36,502 nt of DNA from a virus (Duplodnaviria; Caudoviricetes). This document shows, piece after piece, positions 16,755-26,000 of the stretch (position 1 is the first letter of the stretch; every line of letters starts with the position of its first letter). The notes below the pieces were generated by a model. The model had not been told where the DNA came from and ran no database searches. It saw nothing but the letters and a program-made list of their open reading frames with translations. The stretch lies in the IMG/VR virus record IMGVR_UViG_3300020044_006674, positions 1-36,502 of that record; one strand, given 5' to 3'. The position numbers were made by a program, and so were the translations under genes.

Positions 16755-16975
16755 TTGAAAATTGCATGGTTTGCAAATTCTATCGAGTGGATGATTCAGA
16801 AAGTCATAGGCAAGGGCTTGGCCTGGATACCGCCACATGCATGAGATTTCCACCCCAATACTCTCCATCTGACGAATATTTGGAATCGCCAGATTCCCCG
16901 GTGATGTGGTATCAACCAACCGTTATCTGGGATGGCTGGTGTGGAGAGTTCAAAGCAACAGGGGAGGGCGCATGA
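16751..16975 (+). CDS. Cys-rich hypothetical protein
   Basis: CMVCKFY...CMRFPP...WCGEF; GAGG RBS. Confidence 0.65.
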   Translation: MIENCMVCKFYRVDDSESHRQGLGLDTATCMRFPPQYSPSDEYLESPDSPVMWYQPTVIWDGWCGEFKATGEGA

Positions 16976-17160
16976 CGTTACTCAGCCTTGATGACATTGC
17001 GGAGATCGTCAAAGAACCGCGTGAGTATGTCAGAACCTCATTGGTGAGGCGTCCCGACTTTCCCCGGCCTGTGCTGGTGTTGAGCCAGAAAATCCGAAAA
17101 TGGGCAGCGCATGATGTGGATGCTTGGCTCGAAGCGCAGCGTAGAAAGTGGGCTAGGTAG
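16972..17160 (+). CDS. AlpA-like excisionase (recombination directionality factor)
   Basis: LLSLDDIAE...PDFPRPV...RKWAAHDVDAWL; adjacent to attP. Confidence 0.78.
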   Translation: MTLLSLDDIAEIVKEPREYVRTSLVRRPDFPRPVLVLSQKIRKWAAHDVDAWLEAQRRKWAR

Positions 17161-17384
17161 CCCCCAAAAATCCCCCATTTTTGCGCTGTAGCTATGGTGT
17201 CGAGTCCGGCCTCGGGCACCAAGTAGGGTAAACCCTAAGCCCTTGATTCATAAGGATCAAGGGCTTTTTCATTGGGGAAACGCTGATTTAGCACCGTGTG
17301 TGTTTTGCGTGATTGCGTGGCATTTGGTGGCATTTGGGTGTAGCATCCCCCAAAAATCCCCCACGAAAATCAGAGAATCCCCCA
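17161..17384. mobile_element. attP with tRNA-derived core and arm-type repeats
   Basis: Core TCGAGTCCGGCCTCGGGCACCA (17200-17221) reads as a tRNA T-loop, acceptor strand and CCA; CCCCCAAAAATCCCCCA repeated exactly at 17161-17177 and 17347-17363. Confidence 0.85.
17236..17269 (+). terminator. Intrinsic terminator after the att core
   Basis: aagcccttgat...atcaagggctt followed by Ts. Confidence 0.75.
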
Positions 17385-18316
17385 TGTATATCGAAAAGCA
17401 CGCCAAGGGTTATCGCTGCCATGTCCAGAAAAACGGTGTGCGCAAGTCTGCTGTCTGGGCAACCAAGCGCGAGGCGACGGAGTGGGGGAGGGTGGTCGAG
17501 GCTGAACTGTCGGCGCCAGAATCAGAGCCAACGGAAGGCAGTCACACCTTTGGCGAGGCGACGAAGCGGTATGCCGATTCAGTCAGCGTTACGAAAGCGG
17601 GCGAGAGGTGGGAGAGATTTCGCCTGGGCGTGATGCTGGAACACTTTGGGGATGTGCCTCTATCAGAGATTGACACCCCGCAAATAGCTGAATGGCGCGA
17701 TTCACGGCTAAAACAGGTCACAGCGTCAACGGTCGTGCGAGAAGCAAACCTGCTGCGAAACCTGTTCAATCTTGCTCGCAAAGAATGGAAATGGATGGAT
17801 CATGCCCCGTTTGATGGCGCGAAGATGCCAAAAGAGAATGCGCCACGGCATCAGGTGTGGGGCTGGCGACTCATCAAACGAGTGCTACGGGCCGAGCGCA
17901 TGGGCAAGACTGCCGAGATGCAGGCCGCGTTCCACATTGCTCTTAGGACGGGTATGAGGCTGGCCGAGGTGTTGCAAGCGCCTGAACACTTTGATGCTGT
18001 TCGCCGGGTGGTGGTCATCAAGACAAAGACCGAGGCGAGAGCGCAGATACCGATTGGGCGCATTGCTGCCAAGCTGCTCATCCGGCCAGCGTTTGCCGTT
18101 GGCGCGAATGAGGGAAGCACCCTGTTTTCAAAGCTGTGCAAAGAGCTATTGATTGAAGGCTTGACGTTCCACGACACCCGGGGCACGGCTTTGACGCATT
18201 TGAGTCGGAAGGTTGACGTGCTTACGCTCGCCAAAATCAGCAGACATAAGAACCTTTCCCTTTTGAGCAATGTTTATTACCGGGCGAGTCCTGAATCCAT
18301 TGCTGCCAGAATCTAA
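17384..18316 (+). CDS. int: Tyrosine integrase
   Basis: TGMRLAEV, FHDTR, SRH, VYY catalytic residues. Confidence 0.92.
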   Translation: MYIEKHAKGYRCHVQKNGVRKSAVWATKREATEWGRVVEAELSAPESEPTEGSHTFGEATKRYADSVSVTKAGERWERFRLGVMLEHFGDVPLSEIDTPQIAEWRDSRLKQVTASTVVREANLLRNLFNLARKEWKWMDHAPFDGAKMPKENAPRHQVWGWRLIKRVLRAERMGKTAEMQAAFHIALRTGMRLAEVLQAPEHFDAVRRVVVIKTKTEARAQIPIGRIAAKLLIRPAFAVGANEGSTLFSKLCKELLIEGLTFHDTRGTALTHLSRKVDVLTLAKISRHKNLSLLSNVYYRASPESIAARI

Positions 18317-18747
18317 CGCGGCCAAGCATCCCGGAACATCAGGGCGTCACTTTGCCAGTTGTCAGCAGTTGCTCCCATCGCTTGATATTCTGCTGAACAC
18401 TGGTTGAGTGCGACACTAAACCGGGTTGTTGATGCAAGGCAGGCATCATGGGAGGTTCTGGCGCTTTGCAGGGCTGCTTCTGATTGTGTGCGCAGCCCGT
18501 CAAGAGCATTACGGGCACTGTCAGCGTCACGGCGTAAAGCAGTCTCGCGTGTGCGTGCCACATTTTGCGCAGCGATAACATTGCTACTGCGCTTTTGCTC
18601 CAGAGCATGTAGTTCGCGTTGTTGAGCCGCTGCCTGTTCGATTGCCTGTTTTTCATGCGCATCATGTCTCCATTGGTTGACGGTCCAGCCGCTGTAAAAA
18701 GATAGGCTGGCAGAAAGAATGGCGGTGGCTACGTGGGTGTAAATCAC
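18313..18747 (-). CDS. i-spanin (Rz-like)
   Basis: N-terminal TM helix plus coiled coil; downstream of the endolysin; GTG start after GAGG. Confidence 0.8.
   Translation of the reverse strand: MIYTHVATAILSASLSFYSGWTVNQWRHDAHEKQAIEQAAAQQRELHALEQKRSSNVIAAQNVARTRETALRRDADSARNALDGLRTQSEAALQSARTSHDACLASTTRFSVALNQCSAEYQAMGATADNWQSDALMFRDAWPR
18339..18581 (-). CDS. o-spanin (Rz1-like lipoprotein) embedded in Rz
   Basis: Alternate frame; signal peptide with lipobox LLTG-C, then a Pro-rich segment; start uncertain (18581 or 18563). Confidence 0.75.
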   Translation of the reverse strand: MLSLRKMWHAHARLLYAVTLTVPVMLLTGCAHNQKQPCKAPEPPMMPALHQQPGLVSHSTSVQQNIKRWEQLLTTGKVTP

Positions 18748-18797
18748 TTGCCACCTCGCCACCAGTACCACACCATGGCCCACCAGATCGCGTTCAT
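18744..18797 (-). CDS. Trp-rich micro-ORF (17 aa)
   Basis: MNAIWWAMVWYWWRGGK*; ATGA overlap with the endolysin stop and GTGA overlap with the Rz start. Confidence 0.55.
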   Translation of the reverse strand: MNAIWWAMVWYWWRGGK

Positions 18798-19291
18798 GCC
18801 AGCGCCTTTACTGCCGGCATAGGCTTGAGGCATAGGTCACGCTCTGCCATGCGCCGATTCGTCAGCCCTCGCACCTCTTTCCCGCCTGCGCGGTTCCACC
18901 TGGGCAATTGATTGCAGGCTGAGGTGTATTGCCCTTGGTTCAGCAGCTTGACCAGCGTCGAGCCACATGCGGCCCCCACGCCCACATTGAACGTCCAGCT
19001 CGACAGGGCATCAAACTGATTCTGATTCAAGGGCACAGTCACGCACTTGAGCAAGCCAGAGCCATGCTTTTCCAGATTGCGCACCAGCACAGCATCACAC
19101 TGCGCTTTGGTCCACACGTCCCCCACCTTCACGTCAGGCCCGGTATGCCCGTTGCAGACCGTAGGCAAGCCATAGGCCAGCTTGTCAGCGTAGGCGGTGC
19201 GCTCGTCACCCTCCCAATTCGCCACAAAAGCCATCAGGGAGGCAGCAGCCAGCGTCACGCCAGCGGCAACTACATTGCGATCAGAGGCCAT
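18794..19291 (-). CDS. GH24 lysozyme, probable SAR endolysin
   Basis: Ala/Gly-rich N-terminal helix, then WEG...YAD...TVCNGHT; NQFDAL, FNVG, GLTNRR. Confidence 0.92.
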   Translation of the reverse strand: MASDRNVVAAGVTLAAASLMAFVANWEGDERTAYADKLAYGLPTVCNGHTGPDVKVGDVWTKAQCDAVLVRNLEKHGSGLLKCVTVPLNQNQFDALSSWTFNVGVGAACGSTLVKLLNQGQYTSACNQLPRWNRAGGKEVRGLTNRRMAERDLCLKPMPAVKALA

Positions 19292-19343
19292 GCTCTGCCC
19301 GCCACATATCCCACCAGTACATCAGCACCACGCAGCACATCAT
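19281..19343 (-). CDS. Trp-rich micro-ORF (20 aa)
   Basis: MMCCVVLMYWWDMWRAEHGL*; ATGA overlap with the upstream stop; ends 11 nt into the endolysin gene. Confidence 0.45.
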   Translation of the reverse strand: MMCCVVLMYWWDMWRAEHGL

Positions 19344-19672
19344 TTGTACCCGCCCTTCAGCGCATACCATAACGTCACAGCCGGTGCAGCCAACAGCATG
19401 CACCACTTAATGACGCCGCCGAACCAGCCCACCACTTTAAAGAAGCCTTTGCCGGCGTGCAGGATGTCGAGCACTTCCTTGGTGTCACCGGAGTTCTGGT
19501 CCAACTTGGCCTTGATGGACGCCACATCGGCTTGTGTGTTGTCCAGCGTGACCTTCAGTTCATCGACAATCTTTGACCTCTCCAGCATTCGTTTCTCAAG
19601 CTCATTGATAGCGCGATCCACCTTGCGGCGATCGTGTGGAGTATGAGGGGGTGTTAGTGTGGCGTCTGTCAT
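19340..19672 (-). CDS. Membrane protein, holin/antiholin candidate
   Basis: Coiled coil plus C-terminal TM helix; just upstream of the endolysin. Confidence 0.55.
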   Translation of the reverse strand: MTDATLTPPHTPHDRRKVDRAINELEKRMLERSKIVDELKVTLDNTQADVASIKAKLDQNSGDTKEVLDILHAGKGFFKVVGWFGGVIKWCMLLAAPAVTLWYALKGGYK

Positions 19673-20157
19673 TGCGCCGCCCTTGAGTTGAAAAAATCTG
19701 TCGTTACGTCTTGCCCGATTGACAGACAAATAGCGGCAAAGTGGTGCGGCCCAAAGCTGCCCGACGCCTTGAGATAGGGCTGACCCACCCAGCGGTTACA
19801 AAAGTAAGCGGTATTTGATGGCCTGCCGGGTAGCACGGTTGCCAGCGCCCCGCGCAAGTCATACGGCCAGCCCCTTGTGCGCTCCAGCAGCAACACCGAC
19901 TGGGCAACATCCCACTGCCACACGTCCGTGATGATCCAATTTGAAGGGTTGAGCTTTACCCGCTTGGAGCGCACGCCGCCATCTCTCAGGCTTGCACTGG
20001 CAATGACCACCGAGCCGTCAGTGTTTTCAGTGTGTATGGCTTCAGTGTGCGTGATGTGGCCGTATGGCCCCTTTTGACCGAGCCGGGCAAGCATCACGCC
20101 AGCCCTCGTCGTCCAATGCTCTCCAGCGTGGTCGCCTGTATAGTGAGCAATCAGCAT
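19669..20157 (-). CDS. Permuted papain-like (NlpC/P60-type) protein
   Basis: THTE before YDLRG and YFC, i.e. His-before-Cys order. Confidence 0.55.
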   Translation of the reverse strand: MLIAHYTGDHAGEHWTTRAGVMLARLGQKGPYGHITHTEAIHTENTDGSVVIASASLRDGGVRSKRVKLNPSNWIITDVWQWDVAQSVLLLERTRGWPYDLRGALATVLPGRPSNTAYFCNRWVGQPYLKASGSFGPHHFAAICLSIGQDVTTDFFNSRAAQ

Positions 20158-20552
20158 TACAGCCCCGCTGCGGTGACGAAAAGCGCATCCAGTTGGGCAT
20201 CAGTCAGACCAAGCGCGGCGCTCAACAGCAGTACAAAGCCGCGATTGCGCTCGACCGTTTGGCTGTATTCCCACTCGATCTGTGCCGCCTCTTTTTGCGG
20301 GCTTGGCAGTGTGTTGATAGCTGCCGTGACGCTTGCCAATTTGCCAGCACCCAGCAAGGCTAGACGGGCTTGGCGCATGGTGACGGATTGGGGCACACCC
20401 GCAGGCGGGATGCTGGCTACCCCGTCAATCACCACATACTCACTCAGGCGGGCCGGGTCAAAGCCCTCGGGCGCGTCGATGAAAGCGTCAGGCCCGGTGT
20501 AAGCGTCGGTGGCTGTACCGGCAATGCGGTTGTTTTGGATGATGAGTTTCAT
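20157..20552 (-). CDS. Tail fibre-associated/assembly protein
   Basis: VPQSVTMRQARLAL...IEWEY...LGLTDAQLDALF. Confidence 0.65.
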   Translation of the reverse strand: MKLIIQNNRIAGTATDAYTGPDAFIDAPEGFDPARLSEYVVIDGVASIPPAGVPQSVTMRQARLALLGAGKLASVTAAINTLPSPQKEAAQIEWEYSQTVERNRGFVLLLSAALGLTDAQLDALFVTAAGL

Positions 20553-20561
20553 TGATGGCCC

Positions 20562-21215
20562 TTAAACATCGCAGCGCACCGTGCCGACAAACCACGTCCA
20601 GCCGGCGCCGGTGTTGGACACGGAAAACGGCGTCACCATGGGCATGGCAGCGGGGAAAGTCAGACCGTTTGAGGCCGTCGTGCCGGTTGCGGCTTGGAAC
20701 ATCGACACAGTGGAGCCACTGCGGCGCGTCAGCACATTGACCCCAGCGCTGCTGCCGTTGCTGGTGCTCAGGCCAACAACGATGTAGGAGCCGGCGGCGT
20801 TCAGCCCAGCGATTGCACCGGCGGTGCCGGCAGAAAGCTGGTATTGAGACGATGCACGCATGGCGGTCAGGGCCGTGGAGCTGGCAGCAATCGAGGCGAG
20901 TGCGGTATCGCTGTTGAAAATCGCCATTTTGGCCGTGGTGCTTGCAGCTACTGCGGTCATTGCGGTAGAGCTTGCAGCTACTGCGGTCATTGCGGTAGAG
21001 CTTGCAGTTACTGCGGTCATTGCGGTAGAGCTTGCAGTTACTGCGGTCATGGCGGTATTGCTCTCAGTCATCGCCCGCGCCTGACTGCGCGAATTGATTG
21101 CCTGCACAAAGCTAGCCAGATTGGCCCCGGTGCCCAGATAGGTTTGCAGTTGCGCACCACTGAGGGTGCCTGCGAGCAGGTTGTTGATGATGCTGATGCC
21201 GTTGACGATGCCCAT
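20562..21215 (-). CDS. Ala/Ser/Thr-rich tail-associated protein with 10-aa repeats
   Basis: Repeated TAMTAV(T/A)ASS units; located in the tail-fibre region. Confidence 0.7.
   Translation of the reverse strand: MGIVNGISIINNLLAGTLSGAQLQTYLGTGANLASFVQAINSRSQARAMTESNTAMTAVTASSTAMTAVTASSTAMTAVAASSTAMTAVAASTTAKMAIFNSDTALASIAASSTALTAMRASSQYQLSAGTAGAIAGLNAAGSYIVVGLSTSNGSSAGVNVLTRRSGSTVSMFQAATGTTASNGLTFPAAMPMVTPFSVSNTGAGWTWFVGTVRCDV
20941..21057. repeat. 30-bp coding tandem repeat x4
   Basis: cttgcag(c/t)tactgcggtcattgcggtagag repeated four times. Confidence 0.95.
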
Positions 21216-21225
21216 GATGATGTCC

Positions 21226-22137
21226 TTACTGTTTGATGACTAAAACTTGCCATGTACTCGCACTCAAGGCGGCTGTGGCGGCTGATGCGTTGCGGATGGT
21301 GACGGTGACGGTGTTGGCGGCTGACACATAGGCCACATAGGACAAGCGCCCTTGGTCGGCTGTGCTGGTGCCAAATTGGTCGCCGGGGTTGACGATGACC
21401 GAATCGCCCACTGCGGCCCCGGTGACGGTGACGGTAAAGCTGCTGCTGGCGACGGTTGCCAGCGAGGTGAGCGACATGGTAAAGCTGCCCCGCAGGAATT
21501 TGCCGCTCAAGGTGCTGACGGTGGCATCTAGGGTCGACACACTCCCGCTTAGGTCGTCCATATCCGCAAGGGTGGCCGCATAGACATAATCAGGATCAGC
21601 AGCGGCCAAGAGCCATTGGCCTGACGCAGTGGAGAAGGCGGTTTCGTCGTCGTCCAATAGCACAGAGCCTGCAAACCAGTTGAATAGCCCCAGCCCCACC
21701 ACGATCACAGCGTCCCCGGCTGCGGGGGACAGGGTGCGTAGCGTGGCGCGGGAGGTGTAGGGGTAGACTTCGGCGCCCGTTTTTATCTTTGTCCACACAG
21801 CGGAGACGCCGGGGACGGCTGTGGTGACGTTAGCCAGCGGCGTGTTGAGCGCCCAAAACGCGCCCAGATGGGCCACGCTGGCGGGCATAGCCAGCGCGCC
21901 GGTGAGCGCAGACCAGTTGCCCTTGAAGTTGGCCCCTGATGCGCTGGTGGCGGCTGTGTTGGCGCTGGATAGGGCGGCTGCGGCACTGCCTACCGCGCTG
22001 GCTTCTTTGGCGTTGACATTGGCGTTAAGCGCGTTCATTTCAGTCTCAAATTGCGGTAACGCGCCCAGAAACGCATCGCCACGATCCGCAAAGAGTGCGG
22101 GGCCGTCAGAGCGCAGGGGTGGTGTAGGCAAACTCAT
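21226..22137 (-). CDS. Tail fibre/receptor-binding protein candidate
   Basis: PTPPLRSD..F..R.DAFL N-terminal anchor, NFKGNWS..G.L..PASV.H motif, beta-rich C-terminus. Confidence 0.65.
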   Translation of the reverse strand: MSLPTPPLRSDGPALFADRGDAFLGALPQFETEMNALNANVNAKEASAVGSAAAALSSANTAATSASGANFKGNWSALTGALAMPASVAHLGAFWALNTPLANVTTAVPGVSAVWTKIKTGAEVYPYTSRATLRTLSPAAGDAVIVVGLGLFNWFAGSVLLDDDETAFSTASGQWLLAAADPDYVYAATLADMDDLSGSVSTLDATVSTLSGKFLRGSFTMSLTSLATVASSSFTVTVTGAAVGDSVIVNPGDQFGTSTADQGRLSYVAYVSAANTVTVTIRNASAATAALSASTWQVLVIKQ

Positions 22138-23060
22138 GTCAAGCCCTCCACCTGGAGTGACAGGTTGCCGAATGAGTAGTTGTCAATGCTGATCTCCCAA
22201 TCTTTGTAAAAGCCATAAATGATCATGCTGGTGTAGAGGTTGCCCGCGCCTACCCACACCAGCGGGGTGCTGCGGTACTGGGCCAGCAGGCGCGATACGT
22301 TGTCGATGTCGTTTTTCATAACGGCGACTTTGGCATTCATGCGCTTGGAGTAGGCGCGTTTGATGACGGTGGTATTGCCAAACACGTTAGTGTCTTTGCG
22401 GCTGTAGTCGATGATGCCGATGGTGGGCTGGTACTGCGTGTCTCCCAGCTCTGCGTACAGGCCCACAATCAGCGCGCCAATGGAGACGGTGCCGCTGGTT
22501 TTGGACAGGGTGACTGTAAGCACGCCCTCGGAGTAGGCGGGGATGTCGAGCAGGCTTGCGTCCACGAGGTCGGTGATGACCAGGGCGTCTTGCTGGTAGA
22601 CAGGCTCATAGAAATACTGATACCAGTCGCCTACCGCGTTGCCGGTGGTCATGTTGACTGAGGCTGTGTACACGGGTGCGCCTGAGACGGTGAGCGTGAC
22701 GGTGATTAACCCGGCATCGACTTGCATCAGGGCTAGGCTGTTAAACCTGCCCGGTGCCAGCACCACGGTCAGGGTGTCGGTGGCGCTTGTGGCAGTGCCG
22801 ACCAGCCCGTCAAACATGGCCCAGCGGTTGGTGGGCGATACCTCCAGCCAGCGGGGGGTGGCGCCGGTGGTGGCTAGCTCGGGCAGTGTGGCGTTGACGC
22901 CTGCAATCAGGCACTCATAGATGCGGTGCGTGGTGGTGCGTATGACGCGCTGGCCTACGGTGTAGCTGGTGGCGGCAAGCCATGCGGCGTGGTCAGTCTC
23001 GGGCGCGGTGCTGCTGGTCAGGCGGGCGTCTGTGATGGTGGTGGGTCTGATAAATTTCAT
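22134..23060 (-). CDS. Tail tip/baseplate structural protein
   Basis: Directly after the tape measure; PTNRWAMFD, IIDYSRK..FGN, IYGFYKD. Confidence 0.7.
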   Translation of the reverse strand: MKFIRPTTITDARLTSSTAPETDHAAWLAATSYTVGQRVIRTTTHRIYECLIAGVNATLPELATTGATPRWLEVSPTNRWAMFDGLVGTATSATDTLTVVLAPGRFNSLALMQVDAGLITVTLTVSGAPVYTASVNMTTGNAVGDWYQYFYEPVYQQDALVITDLVDASLLDIPAYSEGVLTVTLSKTSGTVSIGALIVGLYAELGDTQYQPTIGIIDYSRKDTNVFGNTTVIKRAYSKRMNAKVAVMKNDIDNVSRLLAQYRSTPLVWVGAGNLYTSMIIYGFYKDWEISIDNYSFGNLSLQVEGLT

Positions 23061-26000
23061 GTGTAGACCTCGGTGAGCAGGGCGCGTCCACCTTCGGATG
23101 CGGTTTCGAACTGCTGGGCAAATTTGCGGGTGTTGGCTGCAGTGGCATCACCTGACGCTTTGAGGTTTGCGACCTCTTGGCGCAGGGCGCGGATTTCGGC
23201 AATCAGTTCGGCGTTGTTGTTGCCCGGCTTAGATGCATTGGGGTTGTACGGGTTGTACGCCTTGGGGATGATGGCCTCCCCTTCGTGCAGGTAGGCCAAC
23301 CCCTCTTGCGTGTAGTTGGTGCCTTGCGCAAATTTTGGGATGCCAGCACCCAAGAAAAACTCACTTACCGCATCTGTAGACCAGCCGATTGCCGCTGCAA
23401 TCTCAGCTTGTGTGGTGCCGACTTGCATGGCTTTGCCATAAATGGCTTGGGCAAGTGTTGCGCCCGACATGGTGGCCTGAGCCATCGTGATGTAGTCGCG
23501 GATGGCCTGTGCCCTTGCTGCTGACGTGGTGGCGGCGTTGGCCGCTGTGTTGGCCGCTGTGTTGGCTGATCCCACTGGCGTGGTGCCTGCAATCGTGGTG
23601 GCAGCACCTGCCAACGTATCGGCGCTTATGCCGTAGTTGTTTTGCGCGGATACGGCAAGGTTTGCAGCGTCGCCACCTTTTGCAAAGTAGTCAATGAGCG
23701 CGGCTGATACCTCTTTTAGCGTGTATCTTTGCGCCGCCGCACTGGTGCCGCCTGTGGCAAAGATGCTTTGTGATGCCAGTGCAAGGTCAACGGCTTTCAA
23801 GTGGGCATTGCGCACAATGTCGAGTGCGGCCTGATCTGCCTGAAATTTCTCAATAGCGTCTTTGACAGACAGAACCGAGGCATTGAGGTCGATAAACCCG
23901 CTGACTTGCGTGTCAAGCTGTTGCAGGGATAGCTCGGCAAGGCTTGCTTGCGTGTTGGCAATGGCGGCTGTGGCTGTAGCTGAGTTGGCCAGCTTGGCGA
24001 TTTCTCGCTCTGCTTGCTCCCGCGTGCCTGAGCGGGCGATGATGCTTTCCTTCAACTGCCCTCCCACGCTTACGGCTTTGGCTGCTGCGTCAGTGTCGCC
24101 CAGCCGGGCCATGTCGTTCAACCGGGCGTACTCAGCACTCAGGCGCTCGAATGATTGAGCCGGCGTGTCAAGTGAAGATGCAAGGCTGCTGGCGAAGTCT
24201 GCAAAGGTCTTGCCGATGCTGGCGAAGCGTTGCTGTGTGGCCTTGAGCGCCGCCGACTCTGCATCGTAGGCTGTCTTGATTCCTGCGCGGGATGTGTTGA
24301 TCATTTGCTCTGCGCTGGCAACGTCAGAGGCGAGGCGTGACACCATGCCCGATAGCAGCGAAGAGATTGATTCCCTCATGGATCGTGCGGCATCGGCAAG
24401 TGCGCGAGAATTTTCTTCTGCTACTTTTGTGGCCTCGGTTGCTGCTGTGTTGAGGTCTTGCTGTGCGTACACCTGACGCATGATGGCGCGGGTACTTTCG
24501 TCTGCGGCGTCCCGCAGGGCAATGCTTCGGTCTGTTTGAGCGCCGGTGAGCACGTCTAACTGGTCTTGCCATCCTTGGTTGGTTTTGGCGAGTGCTTCGG
24601 CGGCTGCTTTGGATGATTCTGCTACCGCGTCAAATGCCGGGGCCAGCTCGTTCATGGGGCCTTGCAGGGCCAGCAGGCTGGCGTAAGCTGTGCGGTTAGC
24701 CTCGACGCTCATATCTTGACCAGCAGCAAGCTCAACCATGCTCCGATAGGCGGCGCGGGCACCACCGTCCAGCACGGGCATGGTCTTGCCAAGTGCTGTG
24801 AATGCCTCGCTCGTATTTTCAATGAGCTTGGCGCGTTGTTCTTCTTGCGTGTAGAAGTTTTGGTAATACGCGCCCATTTGCGCTGCGTAGCGTTCAGCAC
24901 CCCCGAAGGCGTCAATCAGCAGGCTGGCGGTGTTGGCGCCTTTGAGGCCTACTTCTGTCAGTTTGTTGCCGAGCAAGTCCGAGTTGGCGTTGACAAGCGT
25001 GATGCTGGTGGCAAGGCGTTGCAGGGTTTGCGAGGCGGTTTCGCCGTCCCGTGCGAATTCGCTTGGCGTGTAGGTGCTGGTCTTAACCTGTCGCTCTACT
25101 TGACTGTAGGTAATGTCGCCGCCTTCGCCGCCTCCACCGCTGATGATCTCATCGATGACGGTGGCAACGGTTTCTTTGTAGCTGCCGATGATGGTGCGGG
25201 CCAAATCCTCAGACACACCTGACATGTACTCTTTGTAGAGCGCTTCGTCCTTAGCCTTGTCGCCGGTGAAGGTGAGCCGGATGGCTTTGGAGAAGCCGGC
25301 CACACTGTCAGCAGACAAGCCCAATGCACTAGCTGCGCCTTTGGCGGCAGTCTTGATGGCGTCAAAGTCTGTATTGATGGCCTTTGCCATCGTGGCGTCG
25401 AGCGCCTTCAGCTCGTCCCAATACTTAGGGCCACCGAACAAATAGCCCGATTTGCGCAGTTCCGTAAAGCTGCTCAGGCTCTGGTTGTCGCCGCCTAGCG
25501 TGCCGGTGATGCCTTCTCCGATTTTCTTTGTGGTGCGGAATGCGCCAAAGGCTGCAAGGGCTGCTACTGCCGCCATGGCGTATGGTGCCGCTGCGCCTAT
25601 CGAGCCTGCCGTGCTTGCGCCCGCCGCACCACCTGTAGCCAAGATGCCCGCTGCTCCACCACCCGCAATGGTAGACCCACCAAGGGTAGCCATAAAGCCA
25701 GCGCCTGCTGCTGTGCCCCATGATGCAGCGGTAGCCGCAAAGCCCGCCAGAGTACCAGCCAAGCCTGTTGCCGCGCCGCCTGCAACTCCAGTGGCTGCAC
25801 TGGCCGCACCAGACAAGCCCATGGCACCTGTGATTGCGCCAGAGATAGGCGACATCACAGCACTGATGATGGGCCGTAGCACCATCGTTTTAAACATGTT
25901 AACCACGGTGTCGCGCAGGGTTTTTGCAAAGCCTTTGCCGGACTCGAAACCGCGCATGAGGGCGTCGGTCAGGGTGCTGTTGATGCTGTCGCTGGTGCGC

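Noticed and set aside
17190-17221. Complete tRNA gene
   Set aside because: Only the T-loop, 3' acceptor strand and CCA are present; upstream sequence cannot form the rest, so it is an att core.
17243-17383. Long N-terminal extension of the integrase
   Set aside because: Runs through the attP terminator and arm repeats; integrase-like sequence begins at ATG 17384.
18339-18581. Embedded Rz1 as a novel nested gene
   Set aside because: Real, but the standard lambda-type embedded spanin arrangement.
20941-21057. CRISPR array
   Set aside because: Units are contiguous with no spacers, in frame within a CDS, and no cas genes are present.
20157-22137. Diversity-generating retroelement or invertible tail-fibre cassette
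   Set aside because: No reverse transcriptase, template/variable repeat pair, invertase or inverted cassette is visible.
23535-23570. 12-bp tandem repeat (ANTA) in the tape measure gene
   Set aside because: Short low-complexity coding repeat, ordinary for this protein.
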